This document shows positions 19,314 through 29,233 of a stretch of DNA of 64,000 nt, one piece after another. The position numbers were made by a program, and so were the translations under genes. Positions within the stretch are counted from its first letter, which is position 1; every line of letters starts with the position of its first letter. The notes beneath the pieces were generated by a model. The model was not told the origin of the DNA. It saw only the letters and a program-made list of their open reading frames with translations, and did no database searches. This DNA is from Syntrophales bacterium (GTDB taxonomy: Bacteria > Desulfobacterota > Syntrophia > Syntrophales > UBA2185), in the NCBI GenBank assembly GCA_052144335.1, contig JBKQQP010000016.1, positions 894-64,893 on the forward strand. Direction: 5' to 3'.

Positions 19314-19525
19314 CGGATAAAAGTAGTTGATTATATTAATTAATGTGCTATAAGGGTGGCGGCGGGTGCAAACCAATGTAACAATTTTGTACTATATAGA
19401 TATGACTTTGACAAAAATGTAATTCCCTGCGCCTCGCGGCTGCTGATCCTCTTTTTCATTTGACACAGAAGGTGCAGCTTACTAATAATGATGCAGATAT
19501 TTTTTCAAAAGGTGGAAAGAACATC

Positions 19526-20554
19526 GTGAGGGCTGACGACGGACTGCCATTTCTCCTGCGCTACGAGAATGTCGCGGATTACAGGAATGGCGAGGTGTGG
19601 ATATTAGACAGGCGAAAATATCCTGCAGAAGAGGTGTTTGTCCGCTGCGCGGACTATCGTGACGTTGTCCAGGCTATCGCTGGCATGGTAACGCAGAGTG
19701 GGGGCCCGTGGTTGGCAGCAGCCTACGGAATAGTAAGTGCGGCAAGGGGGGTGCGCAATCTCTCCCGCGAAAGGGCGAAAGAAGAGCTGCAGCGTGCGGC
19801 AGACGCGCTGATCTATGCGCGGCCGACGACATCGGCAAATATGAAGATCCACATCATGCGAATTCTCCGGGCAGCCAAGGAGGCCATCGACCGGGGTGAA
19901 GACGCAGAATCCATTACATATGCCTATGTGCGAAAGAACCTGGAAAATCGCTACTGCAATTCGCGCCAGATTGCAACGTATGCAGTGGACTTGATGCCGG
20001 CCGAGGTTAGCATACTCACCCAGTGTTACGCGGAAACCCTTATCGGGTTTGTGCTGCTGGTCTCCCAGGAAAGGGGAAAGAAAGTATCTTTGATCTGCCC
20101 CGAGACCAGACCATATCTCCAGGGGGCCAGATTGACAGCCAGTGTGGCCTATGACATGGGCGTGCCTGTGACAGTTATTACCGATAATATGCCTGCATAC
20201 ATCTTGTCTAAAGGAATGGCGCAGGTATTTATGTCTGCCGCAGACGTGATCACGCTGGACGGCTACGTGGTCAACAAAATAGGCACCTTTCAGATAGCCC
20301 TGGCGGCGCATTTTTACGGCGTGCCTTATTATGCTCTGGGGACGCCATCCGCAGGGAGCCCCGACCTATCCAAGGTTGAGGTTGAAGAGAGAGACCCCGA
20401 AGAAACCGTGCACGCCATGGGTATCCGCACGGCTAAGGATGGTGTGAAAGGATATTATCCTGCCTTTGATATCACGCCCCCCCGATTGATACGCGCCGTC
20501 GTTACGCCGAGAGGGGTCTTCTCCCCACCTGATTTGAAGGGATATTTTTCATAG
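19526..20554 (+). CDS. mtnA: methylthioribose-1-phosphate isomerase-like protein (eIF-2B family)
   Basis: ILDRR, ARPT, ETRPYLQGARLT, NKIGT, EERDPEE, YPAFDITP; probable GTG start at 19526 (ORF track starts at 19460). Confidence 0.85.
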   Translation: MRADDGLPFLLRYENVADYRNGEVWILDRRKYPAEEVFVRCADYRDVVQAIAGMVTQSGGPWLAAAYGIVSAARGVRNLSRERAKEELQRAADALIYARPTTSANMKIHIMRILRAAKEAIDRGEDAESITYAYVRKNLENRYCNSRQIATYAVDLMPAEVSILTQCYAETLIGFVLLVSQERGKKVSLICPETRPYLQGARLTASVAYDMGVPVTVITDNMPAYILSKGMAQVFMSAADVITLDGYVVNKIGTFQIALAAHFYGVPYYALGTPSAGSPDLSKVEVEERDPEETVHAMGIRTAKDGVKGYYPAFDITPPRLIRAVVTPRGVFSPPDLKGYFS

Positions 20555-20576
20555 ATACGCTTTGTTAGGAGTTCGC

Positions 20577-21215
20577 ATGTTACACGAGGAAGCGCGGAAG
20601 GCGTTGCTTAAATGCGTCTTGAGGCTTTACCAAAAAGGTCTTGTCCAGCTAAATTCGGGGAACGTGAGCGTCCGTATTTCCGACGAACATCTCGTGATCA
20701 CACCTACGGGAATATCCTACGACGATATGTCGGAAGAGGACCTCGTTATAATTGACCTCCACGGAAGTTGCATCGAGGGTGAACATAAACCCTCTTCCGA
20801 AACGCCCATGCATATGACCGTATATAAGAATATACCGGATGTGAAGGCCATCGTACATACGCACTCACCTTTCGCCATGGCCTTTGCTGTGGTGGGGAGA
20901 TGTATTCCTATCGTCAGCACCGAAGGACTGGCTGTACGCGGGCCCATACCAGTTGCCGACTATGCATGTCCTGGTACCGAGGCACAGGGCTGGGCGGCGA
21001 TTAAGGCCATGAAAGGACCGCCGTACGTAATGGGAACGCTGCTTAAGAACCACGGCGTGCTCGTTACGGGAGCGAACCTATCGCACGCATATTCGATAGC
21101 CTGTCGGATCGAGATGGCGGCAAAGGTTTATTTCCTAGCTCTGCAGATAGGCGAACCCGGAGTCCTTACAGACGACCAGATTAAGGAGATCAGAAACGTA
21201 TATTTAAGAAAATAG
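20577..21215 (+). CDS. class II aldolase/adducin family protein (FucA/Ald2-like)
   Basis: SGNVSVR, ITPTG, PSSETPMH, VHTHS, LKNHG metal-binding motifs. Confidence 0.9.
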   Translation: MLHEEARKALLKCVLRLYQKGLVQLNSGNVSVRISDEHLVITPTGISYDDMSEEDLVIIDLHGSCIEGEHKPSSETPMHMTVYKNIPDVKAIVHTHSPFAMAFAVVGRCIPIVSTEGLAVRGPIPVADYACPGTEAQGWAAIKAMKGPPYVMGTLLKNHGVLVTGANLSHAYSIACRIEMAAKVYFLALQIGEPGVLTDDQIKEIRNVYLRK

Positions 21216-21251
21216 GGAACGCGGTTCCTATTCATCGCGAGGTTAGTACCC

Positions 21252-22073
21252 ATGATAAATTTCTTTAAAATGAGCGGCAGCGGCAATGATTTCATCCTCA
21301 TCGACAACAGGGATCAGTCACTTACTTTCGAAAACATGGCAGATTTTGTAAGAACCGTTTGCGAACGCAAGGTATCGGTGGGCGCAGACGGATTGATCAT
21401 TATTGAAGATTCCCGGCGCGCTGATTTCCGGTGGCGTTTTTTTAACGCCGACGGCAGCGAAGTGGATATGTGCGGAAACGGATCGAGGTGCGCCGCTCGT
21501 TTCGCTTGTGTCAGAGGGATCGCAAAAGAAAAAATGTCCTTCGAAACCGGGGCAGGCATCATCGAAGCCGAGGTCAGAGGAGATACGGTAAAAGTAAAAT
21601 TGACAGAACCGCAGGCCATGAAGATCAATATTTCACTTATGCTCGAGGATCGACCGCTTGAAGTCAGCTTCGTCAATACAGGCGTCCCCCATTGCGTTCT
21701 TTTCGTCCATGATCTAGACGGATACGATGTATTTACCGTGGGCCGGAAGATACGCTACCATAAGGAATTCCAGCCCGAGGGCACGAACGCGAACTTCATG
21801 GAAGTCATAGACAGACACGTAATCAGGATCAGGACGTATGAGAGAGGTGTAGAAGACGAAACTCTCGCCTGCGGAACAGGCGCCGTGGCGTCTGCCCTGG
21901 TATCATCCTCACGGGGACTGGTGGAATCGCCGGTCGATGTAAAGGTGAAAAGCGGAGAGACGTTGAAGATCTATTTCCACAAACTGGACCACCTTTTTGA
22001 GGATATTTATCTTGAAGGAAAAGCCAATGTGGTTTATGAAGGGCGCATCTGGGACGAGGCTTACAAACGCTGA
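21252..22073 (+). CDS. dapF: diaminopimelate epimerase
   Basis: KMSGSGNDF, NADGS..MCGNG, GVPH, ERGVEDETLACGTG. Confidence 0.97.
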   Translation: MINFFKMSGSGNDFILIDNRDQSLTFENMADFVRTVCERKVSVGADGLIIIEDSRRADFRWRFFNADGSEVDMCGNGSRCAARFACVRGIAKEKMSFETGAGIIEAEVRGDTVKVKLTEPQAMKINISLMLEDRPLEVSFVNTGVPHCVLFVHDLDGYDVFTVGRKIRYHKEFQPEGTNANFMEVIDRHVIRIRTYERGVEDETLACGTGAVASALVSSSRGLVESPVDVKVKSGETLKIYFHKLDHLFEDIYLEGKANVVYEGRIWDEAYKR

Positions 22074-22109
22074 GGAGCTTGAACAGATAATAACCGGAGG
22101 TGTTTTGTC

Positions 22110-23276
22110 TTGCAGATTGCTGACCGACTGAAAAAAATTCCACCTTACCTGTTTGTAGAGCTGAGGAAAAAGATTAACAAGGCGAAGGCTGAGGGCATTG
22201 ACGTCATCAGCCTGGCCATCGGAGATCCCGTGGAACCAACACCGGACTCGATCATCGATGAACTCTGCAGGAAAGCGCGGGACCCGGAAAACCACAGGTA
22301 CCCGACAGATGAAGAAAAAGGCATGCTCGCCCTCCGGCAGGAGATTGCCCAGTGGTACAACGCGAGATATGGAGTATCTCTCGATCCGGAAAGTGAAATC
22401 CTCGGGCTCATCGGCTCCAAAGAAGGCTGCCATCACTTCGTTCTGGCCTGTATAAATCCCGGTGATACGGTGCTCATGACGGATCCCGGATATCCGGCCT
22501 ACCGTGCAAGCATCCTGATGGCCGGCGGCGTTCCTTACAACGTGCCGATTCTGGCGAAGAACAAATATCTCCCCATACTCGAAGACATCCCTACGGATGT
22601 CGCAAAGAAGGCGCGGGGGATATTCCTCAACTACCCCAATAATCCCACCGGCGCCTGCGCAACAAGGGAGTTCTTCGATCGCCTGGTGGACTTTGCCACG
22701 CAGTTCGACATCGCTGTCTGCTATGACAATCCCTATGGTGAAATCCTCTTTGGTGGGCAGGAGCGCTTGAGCTTTCTCATGGCCGGCCGGTCCAAGGATG
22801 TGGGCGTCGAGTTAAATTCCCTTTCCAAACTCTTCAATATGACGGGGTGGCGGATCGGTATGGCAGTCGGTAACGCCGATATCATTACCGGCATGGGCAA
22901 GGTCAAAGAGAATACCGATTCCGGTATTTTCAATCCCATCCAGTACGCCGGGCTCCATGCCCTGAAAAACGAAGCAAAGAACATAGACCGCATGCTCGAG
23001 ATATACGGACGGCGTCGGGAAATGGTGCTGGAAACACTCAGGCGCGTCGGGATAGTCTTTGACGCCCCCAAGGGAACATTCTATTTATGGGTGCCCGTGC
23101 CACGGGGCATGAAATCCCTCGAATTTACAAACCTCCTCTTCGATAAGGCGGCGATTGTCGTAGCGGCGGGCACGGCATACGGCCAGTATGGTGAAGGGTA
23201 TATCAGGATATCGCTTACGGTGCCGGATGCAAGGCTCAAGGAGGCAATGGAGCGGATCGAGAAGGCATTGTCCTGA
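22110..23276 (+). CDS. dapL: LL-diaminopimelate aminotransferase (class I/II PLP enzyme)
   Basis: IPPYLF, GSKEG, NYPNNPTG, SLSKLFNMTGWRIG; adjacent to dapF. Confidence 0.88.
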   Translation: MQIADRLKKIPPYLFVELRKKINKAKAEGIDVISLAIGDPVEPTPDSIIDELCRKARDPENHRYPTDEEKGMLALRQEIAQWYNARYGVSLDPESEILGLIGSKEGCHHFVLACINPGDTVLMTDPGYPAYRASILMAGGVPYNVPILAKNKYLPILEDIPTDVAKKARGIFLNYPNNPTGACATREFFDRLVDFATQFDIAVCYDNPYGEILFGGQERLSFLMAGRSKDVGVELNSLSKLFNMTGWRIGMAVGNADIITGMGKVKENTDSGIFNPIQYAGLHALKNEAKNIDRMLEIYGRRREMVLETLRRVGIVFDAPKGTFYLWVPVPRGMKSLEFTNLLFDKAAIVVAAGTAYGQYGEGYIRISLTVPDARLKEAMERIEKALS

Positions 23277-23387
23277 TACAGCCTGAACTTTTTTGCGGCC
23301 ATCTTCTCGATTTGTCTATTAGTTAACTATCCAAATCATTCCAGATCTCTTCCCCCGGGCAGCCAAGTATTCATCTGACTATTGCCA

Positions 23388-24500
23388 TCAAAAATGTCTT
23401 GCGACAATTCTTCTTATCAGCCTTCCGGGAAATGTTTCCCTTGCGTGGAGGGCGCCATAGGGACAAACCTCAATACAACAGAAGCAGCGGATGCACCGGT
23501 CATAATCAAAAGAGAGTTTCTTTTCATGCAAAAAAATTGCCCCTGCAGGACAGATTTTCCAGCACTCGGCGCACATCTGGCAGGTTAGATCATGAGAGAT
23601 AGGCCTCTGGAGCAGGTGTCTCCTGATAAACCCATGAAGCTTTCGCGGCCCGTACATAAGCGGACCGATATTGGGAAGCCTGAAATCGTGAACTATTGGG
23701 AGGTCGCCATCAATCTCGATATCCGTTTCCTTGATGCCTATCTCCCTTGCCGCTTTCAGGGTTGGCAGTCTGTCAGCGTCCAACCCCAGCATCCTGCAGA
23801 CTGTACTATCTACGGCAAAGGCATCACGGCTGCCCATCAAGATGCCGAGCTCTCTCGGTCTGCCGCTCTTCCCCGGACCCTCGCCTTCCATAGCCAAGAT
23901 TCCATCGACAATTGTGATTGATGGCCCGATTCTCTGATAAATCAGAACGAGCAGTTTTGCAAACATGCTCCGGTTGATACCTGCCCTCATGTGCCACTCC
24001 GCTTTTCTATAGCCGACGATGCAGCCGAACATGTTCTTCACTCCGAGGGTCAGGAGCATCTGGCTGTGCGTCTTGAGTTTGGGAAGGTTGATAATCATAT
24101 CTGCGTTAATGGCGTCCTCGGCCATCTCAATTGCATTAAACGGTGCACCGATATCGATCTTCAGGGAACTTTCAAATGCCCTGCAGTCGACGTCGAGGCC
24201 GACAAGCGCATCCCCAATGCCGCTATCCTTCATGATTTTCTCAAAAGAACCTAGGGCGGGACTATCCGAAACCTGCGGCCGGGCGCCTTTCTGCAGAACA
24301 TATTCCACTGCCGCTTTGATAATCATGGGATGTGTCAGCACAGCATCGGCCGGCGAAGCCGGTGAGAGCAGGTTCGGTTTGATGAGAATACGGAGTCCCC
24401 TCCCGATCAGATCACCTCCGATTGCCTCCATAGTTTCGAAGAAGGCACGTTTGACCATGTCATAATCATAGGTGGATTTTTTCACTATAACTTTAGTCAT
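23388..24500 (-). CDS. DUF362-family protein with C-terminal 2x[4Fe-4S] ferredoxin
   Basis: LIKPNLL, THP, NLPKLKTH, TLGVKN, DGILAMEGEGP; CQMCAECWKICP and CIRCFCCIEVCP. Confidence 0.88.
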   Translation of the reverse strand: MTKVIVKKSTYDYDMVKRAFFETMEAIGGDLIGRGLRILIKPNLLSPASPADAVLTHPMIIKAAVEYVLQKGARPQVSDSPALGSFEKIMKDSGIGDALVGLDVDCRAFESSLKIDIGAPFNAIEMAEDAINADMIINLPKLKTHSQMLLTLGVKNMFGCIVGYRKAEWHMRAGINRSMFAKLLVLIYQRIGPSITIVDGILAMEGEGPGKSGRPRELGILMGSRDAFAVDSTVCRMLGLDADRLPTLKAAREIGIKETDIEIDGDLPIVHDFRLPNIGPLMYGPRKLHGFIRRHLLQRPISHDLTCQMCAECWKICPAGAIFLHEKKLSFDYDRCIRCFCCIEVCPYGALHARETFPGRLIRRIVARHF

Positions 24501-24676
24501 AGGTACGATGGTTTTTTTATTCCTTTGTTTTTCCTGTTGCATTCATTTCTTGACAAAAATAAATTTTTACGTAAAAGCTCCATGCCACTAAGAGAGGGTT
24601 AGAAAATGAAAATTATGTTGTGGTTAATCTGCATGTCGGATATAATTAACAACATAATTTTTGACCATAATAATGT

Positions 24677-25897
24677 ATGAAAAATTTCCGTATTAACAGA
24701 CATTCATCGGGACATGTTTATTTAAAAGTCGGTATCGCCGCAATCATTCTCTTGCTTCTTTCAAACCTGCTTTTATTATACCTTTTTGTCAAAGAAAGAA
24801 ATAACAATAAGAATCTCATCGGTCTTATCGACAGAGCCGGCAAGGATTTCAATCAAATCCATGAATCATTGAAGCAGAAGGATATGCAAAAGGCCTTCCG
24901 GTATCTGACGGAAGCGCAAAAACAGGTGGTCGCGATGCTGCCGGCCGTGCCGCCGCCGGCAGAAAAGGCAGCGCCGGTGTCAAAGGAGCAACAGCCCGCA
25001 CCGCCCACCGAGGCCAAAGCAGCAGCTATGACTGTCGCAAGTGCACCTGCCCCGCCCCAGGATGCACCCTATACGTTTGTCTTTGCCGATGCGGGCGAAT
25101 ACCTTCTCGTCTGCGAAAAAGAGACGAAAATTCTTTACATCTTCCGCTTTTCAGACGGCAGGTTCTCCCTTGTAAAGCAGTACCCGTGCGTCATCGGGGC
25201 GAACAATCATGGCAAGATGAGGGAAGGGGATTTTGCGACACCTGAAGGGGTTTACTTTTTCTTAAGATTTGCCTCAGGCAAAACACTCGCTGAGAACTAT
25301 GGGTATGGGGCCTTCGTCTTAAATTATCCAAATTTCCTGGATCGGAAAGAGAGAAAAGATGGGGGGGGCATATGGTTGCACGGCCATAGCGCCGGCAAAG
25401 TATTGGGGGCGGATGTGCCGGATACAAAAGGCTGCATCGTCGTGAGCAATGATGCATTGAAAGAAATGAGTGGTTACCTGAAGTCGAACGGCACTCCTAT
25501 TGCAATTGTCAACAAGCTCCAGTTTACAAATCTCGAAAGTCAGAAGGAATTAGCGAAGGAACTGAGGAACTTCATCAATTCCTGGAGACTTTCCTGGGAG
25601 AGCATCAACACGAAAAAATACATAAGCTTCTACTCTCCGGCATTTGTTAACAGCGAGGGAATGAGCTTCAATGCCTTCAAACATCATAAGGAAAAGACCA
25701 ATAAGAGCAAAAAATTCATTCGCGTAAAAGTCGAAAATCTCGCGATCCTGATGCCGCCGGAATATGGCGGCAATGTTGCTGTAGCCAGATTTCAACAAAG
25801 ATACACTTCCAATAATTTCAAGAGCGACAGCAAGAAAATATTTTACCTGAAAAAGGGGCAAGCCGGATGGCAAATCATAGGCGAATCTTCATATTAG
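24677..25897 (+). CDS. YkuD-family L,D-transpeptidase/carboxypeptidase with C-terminal NTF2-like domain (Csd6/Pgp2-like)
   Basis: N-terminal TM anchor; GD..TPEGVY, LNYPN, GGGIWLHG...TKGC; C-terminal W..SWES...Y.SFY and F.QRY.S...WQIIGE. Confidence 0.85.
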   Translation: MKNFRINRHSSGHVYLKVGIAAIILLLLSNLLLLYLFVKERNNNKNLIGLIDRAGKDFNQIHESLKQKDMQKAFRYLTEAQKQVVAMLPAVPPPAEKAAPVSKEQQPAPPTEAKAAAMTVASAPAPPQDAPYTFVFADAGEYLLVCEKETKILYIFRFSDGRFSLVKQYPCVIGANNHGKMREGDFATPEGVYFFLRFASGKTLAENYGYGAFVLNYPNFLDRKERKDGGGIWLHGHSAGKVLGADVPDTKGCIVVSNDALKEMSGYLKSNGTPIAIVNKLQFTNLESQKELAKELRNFINSWRLSWESINTKKYISFYSPAFVNSEGMSFNAFKHHKEKTNKSKKFIRVKVENLAILMPPEYGGNVAVARFQQRYTSNNFKSDSKKIFYLKKGQAGWQIIGESSY

Positions 25898-26790
25898 TAT
25901 GCACTACAATTGCCTGTCTTTTTATTGCAACCAATTCTCTGACAATTAAGCAGGATGTTTCATCGAAGCCGAGAAAACCCTCTTTTCAGGTCCAAAGGTT
26001 CTTTAGTGGCACGGACCAGGAGGTGGTTGTATATGTTATTTCCGGAGAAGAGAAAGGCCCCACCCTGCTTATCATCGCCGGAATCCATGGTGATGAATCC
26101 GGCGGTTATCTGACGGCAGAAAGATATGCGGACGTCAAGGTAAAAAGGGGGACCTTGATTGTTGTGCCGCGCTTGAACTTGCCGGCCGTCGTGAAAGAAA
26201 AACGCCAGGGACTGAGCGGTGACATGAATCGTCTTTTTCATCTGCCTGAAGATACCCACACCACTCCTGACATCAAAGTTGTGAATCTTGCCAAATCCCT
26301 TATTAAACGAGCCGACTACGTCCTTAATCTCCATCAAGGTGAGGGCTTTTATTCCCCCAAGTGGATATCCCAAAAGAGAAACCCTTTCAGATGGGGCCAG
26401 TGCAATGTCATTGACGCTCCCATCTTCGATCTGCCTAACGGGGATAAGCTTGAACTCGCGAGCTTTGCCAACAAGATAGCGTCCAGTTCAAATTCCAAAA
26501 TCAAAGATAAGAAATATCATTTTCAAGTCAACAATACCAATACAGCGAGCAGTAAGTCCATCCACAAAGAACAGAGAAGGTCACTTACTTACTATGCCCT
26601 TTACCAGCAACACAAAACGTCTTTGGCACTTGAATCAACGAAGAATTGCACAGTGCCCCAGGCCGTCGGATTTTTAACTATCGCCATTAATTCGGTAATA
26701 GGCGAGGTAGGAATTAAAGCAGAAAATCTTCCTTCCGCGGATCCTGTCACAATCGGGAAGGAGTTCGCTGAGAAAAAACTTAAGACGTAA
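25867..26790 (+). CDS. M14-like/M99 zinc carboxypeptidase catalytic domain (Csd4/Pgp1-like)
   Basis: Signal peptide; GIHGDESGG, GDMNRLF, LNLHQGEGFY.P.....RNP.RWGQ...ID, SLTYYAL, ALESTK. Confidence 0.8.
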   Translation: MANHRRIFILVCTTIACLFIATNSLTIKQDVSSKPRKPSFQVQRFFSGTDQEVVVYVISGEEKGPTLLIIAGIHGDESGGYLTAERYADVKVKRGTLIVVPRLNLPAVVKEKRQGLSGDMNRLFHLPEDTHTTPDIKVVNLAKSLIKRADYVLNLHQGEGFYSPKWISQKRNPFRWGQCNVIDAPIFDLPNGDKLELASFANKIASSSNSKIKDKKYHFQVNNTNTASSKSIHKEQRRSLTYYALYQQHKTSLALESTKNCTVPQAVGFLTIAINSVIGEVGIKAENLPSADPVTIGKEFAEKKLKT

Positions 26791-27079
26791 TCTTTTTCGG
26801 CGATTACTCGCCATCTCCCGCACGGATCGCTAAATCTGTGTAATCCATTATCTCGAGTGACTTTCTTTTGAAAGTTATTGAGAAGATTCCTTTTATCATT
26901 GACATATCACTATCTTTATCCTAATATTTGGTTCCCATTGGAGAATAAGTGATCATCATGCAGCTAATTGGCCGTATATACGCATGAAAATAGCACATCC
27001 GCTATTTGAACCCATATCGCCAGGACAAATTGTGATAAATCCGAAATAATTGAAGAAGGTGCTGTTAAAGGAACCGTTC

Positions 27080-28435
27080 ATGAAAAGCAATCTGTCTTAC
27101 GATGAGTTGATGCTTAAGCTCAAGGAACTCGAAAAGATGACCTCCGCCCATGGGCGACTGGAAGAAGTCTATCGTTCGGTAGTGGAGTCTACGAGCGATT
27201 CGATATATATGGTGGATAAATATTGCCGATATCTCTTCATGAACAATCAGCATTTGTCGAGGCTCGGCTTGCCGGCTGAACAGATCATAGGCAGACGCTA
27301 CAGTGAGTTTCACTCTCCGGAGCAGAATAAATTATTTGCAGAGGCGGTTAACAAGGTATTTTCAAGCGGCACGTCCCTCCAGCACGAGCACAGGAGTCAG
27401 AGAGACGAGAGGTATTTTCTCCGGACATTCAGCCCCGTAAGGGATCGCGGCCCCAATGGAAAGATAACACGCGCCGTCATCATTTCGACAGATATAACAG
27501 AGCATAGGCTGGCCGCAGAAGCAATCAGAGAAAGTGAGCAGAAATATAGGACTATTATTGAAAATATTGAAGATGGCTATCACGAGCTTGATTTTTCCGG
27601 CAATATAGTTTTTTTTAATGACGCCCTGTTAAAAATGCTGGGATATTCCGGGGATGAACTTGCAGGAATGAATTACCGCAATCTCACTAATGAGGAAACG
27701 GCCCGGCAAATGTCGCAGGTCTGCGACGAAGTTTACAAGACGGGAAAGCCGTCCAGAGGAATTGAGATAGAGATAACGAAGAAAGATGGAACCACGAGGG
27801 TGGTTGAGATATCTGTATCGCTGATTCTGGATGCAAAAGGTCAGGAAGTGGGGTTCCGAAATCTCGTTCGCGACGTAACTGAACGTAAGAAGACAGAAGA
27901 AACCATCAGACGATTAGCTTATCACGACCCCCTGACGGGATTGCCCAACCGCCTCCTGTTCACAGATCGTCTTAACATGGCAATAACCAGGGCCAAACGC
28001 AATAGGCAATACCTGGCCGTGATGATGCTGGACCTTGATTACTTCAAGGACATCAATGACTCACTAGGTCATCATATGGGAGACAGGCTGTTACAGGTTG
28101 TGGGCTCTCGGCTAACGGAACTCTTGCGAAAAGGTGATACCATAGCCCGCATGGGCGGTGATGAGTTCCTAATTTTATTGCCGGAAATTAACAATGTGGG
28201 AGTCACTACTACGATAGCGCAGAAGATCGTCGAATCCTTCCAGAGCCCTTTTATAATTGATGACCGTAGACTTCAAATTACGACAAGCATCGGAATCGCA
28301 ATTTACCCGGACGTTTCAGATGATGTTGAGACCCTCATCAAGAACGCGGATATTGCAATGTATCGCGCCAAAGGGTCGGGCCGGAATAACTATCAATTGT
28401 TCGTTCCGGAAATGATCGTTAAGGCCTCGTCGTAG
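27080..28435 (+). CDS. PAS-PAS-GGDEF diguanylate cyclase
   Basis: Two PAS/PAC domains ending DITE and DVTE; HDPLTGLPNR; RKGD I-site; RMGGDEF. Confidence 0.95.
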   Translation: MKSNLSYDELMLKLKELEKMTSAHGRLEEVYRSVVESTSDSIYMVDKYCRYLFMNNQHLSRLGLPAEQIIGRRYSEFHSPEQNKLFAEAVNKVFSSGTSLQHEHRSQRDERYFLRTFSPVRDRGPNGKITRAVIISTDITEHRLAAEAIRESEQKYRTIIENIEDGYHELDFSGNIVFFNDALLKMLGYSGDELAGMNYRNLTNEETARQMSQVCDEVYKTGKPSRGIEIEITKKDGTTRVVEISVSLILDAKGQEVGFRNLVRDVTERKKTEETIRRLAYHDPLTGLPNRLLFTDRLNMAITRAKRNRQYLAVMMLDLDYFKDINDSLGHHMGDRLLQVVGSRLTELLRKGDTIARMGGDEFLILLPEINNVGVTTTIAQKIVESFQSPFIIDDRRLQITTSIGIAIYPDVSDDVETLIKNADIAMYRAKGSGRNNYQLFVPEMIVKASS

Positions 28436-28581
28436 CTTTTAGTTATATTCCGACCATCCTGTAAGAACGCTCTTATGCAGAAATGCTGCTTAGCTAACTC
28501 GCAAAAGCAATTCTTTCCTCACATGGAGGCCCTTATTTTTCGGTTGAGTCTCTTGCCGTCGTCGATGCGAAAGAGCAAAAA

Positions 28582-29190
28582 ATGAAATCCGTCCGCAACA
28601 AAACCGACACGGTCATACAACTTCCGGAGCCTGCAGCTGACGGAGGAATATCAGTTGAAGCAGCACTGGCAAGGCGTGAGTCGGTACGTCATTTCTCATC
28701 CCTGCCTCTGGCGCCTTCTGTGCTTTCGCAGATTTTATGGGCCGCACAGGGAATCACCCGCGATTGGGGGGGAAGGACTGTGCCTTCCGCCGGGGCACTG
28801 TATCCTCTGGAATTATATTTGGCTTTGCGGGACGGCTTCTTTCACTATGTCCCCCGCGACCATCAGTTGGTGCATGTTTCCGACCGTGATTTTATCGACG
28901 ACCTGGCAGCAGTTGCCCTGGGGCAGCAATGCATAAGAGAATCATCTGCCGTTGTCGTCATCGCTGCTGTCTATGAAAGAGTAGAAAAGAAATATGGAAG
29001 ACGAGGCGAGCGCTATGTCAAAATTGAGGCAGGACATGCGGCACAGAATATCCTTCTTCAAGCAGTATCGCAGGGAATTGGGGCTGTGCCCGTCGGCGCT
29101 TTTCATGATGACGATGTGCGGAAGCTCCTGAGCCTGCCTAGGGATCATGAACCGCTGTACCTGATCCCTCTCGGACACATGAAGAAATGA
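28582..29190 (+). CDS. SagB/ThcOx-like nitroreductase family protein
   Basis: RRESVR, LWAAQG, PSAGALYPLE, EAGHAAQN. Confidence 0.9.
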   Translation: MKSVRNKTDTVIQLPEPAADGGISVEAALARRESVRHFSSLPLAPSVLSQILWAAQGITRDWGGRTVPSAGALYPLELYLALRDGFFHYVPRDHQLVHVSDRDFIDDLAAVALGQQCIRESSAVVVIAAVYERVEKKYGRRGERYVKIEAGHAAQNILLQAVSQGIGAVPVGAFHDDDVRKLLSLPRDHEPLYLIPLGHMKK

Positions 29191-29233
29191 TAAGGTACGA
29201 GGGAAGGAACAACCCTTTTGAGGAGCGCAGGAA

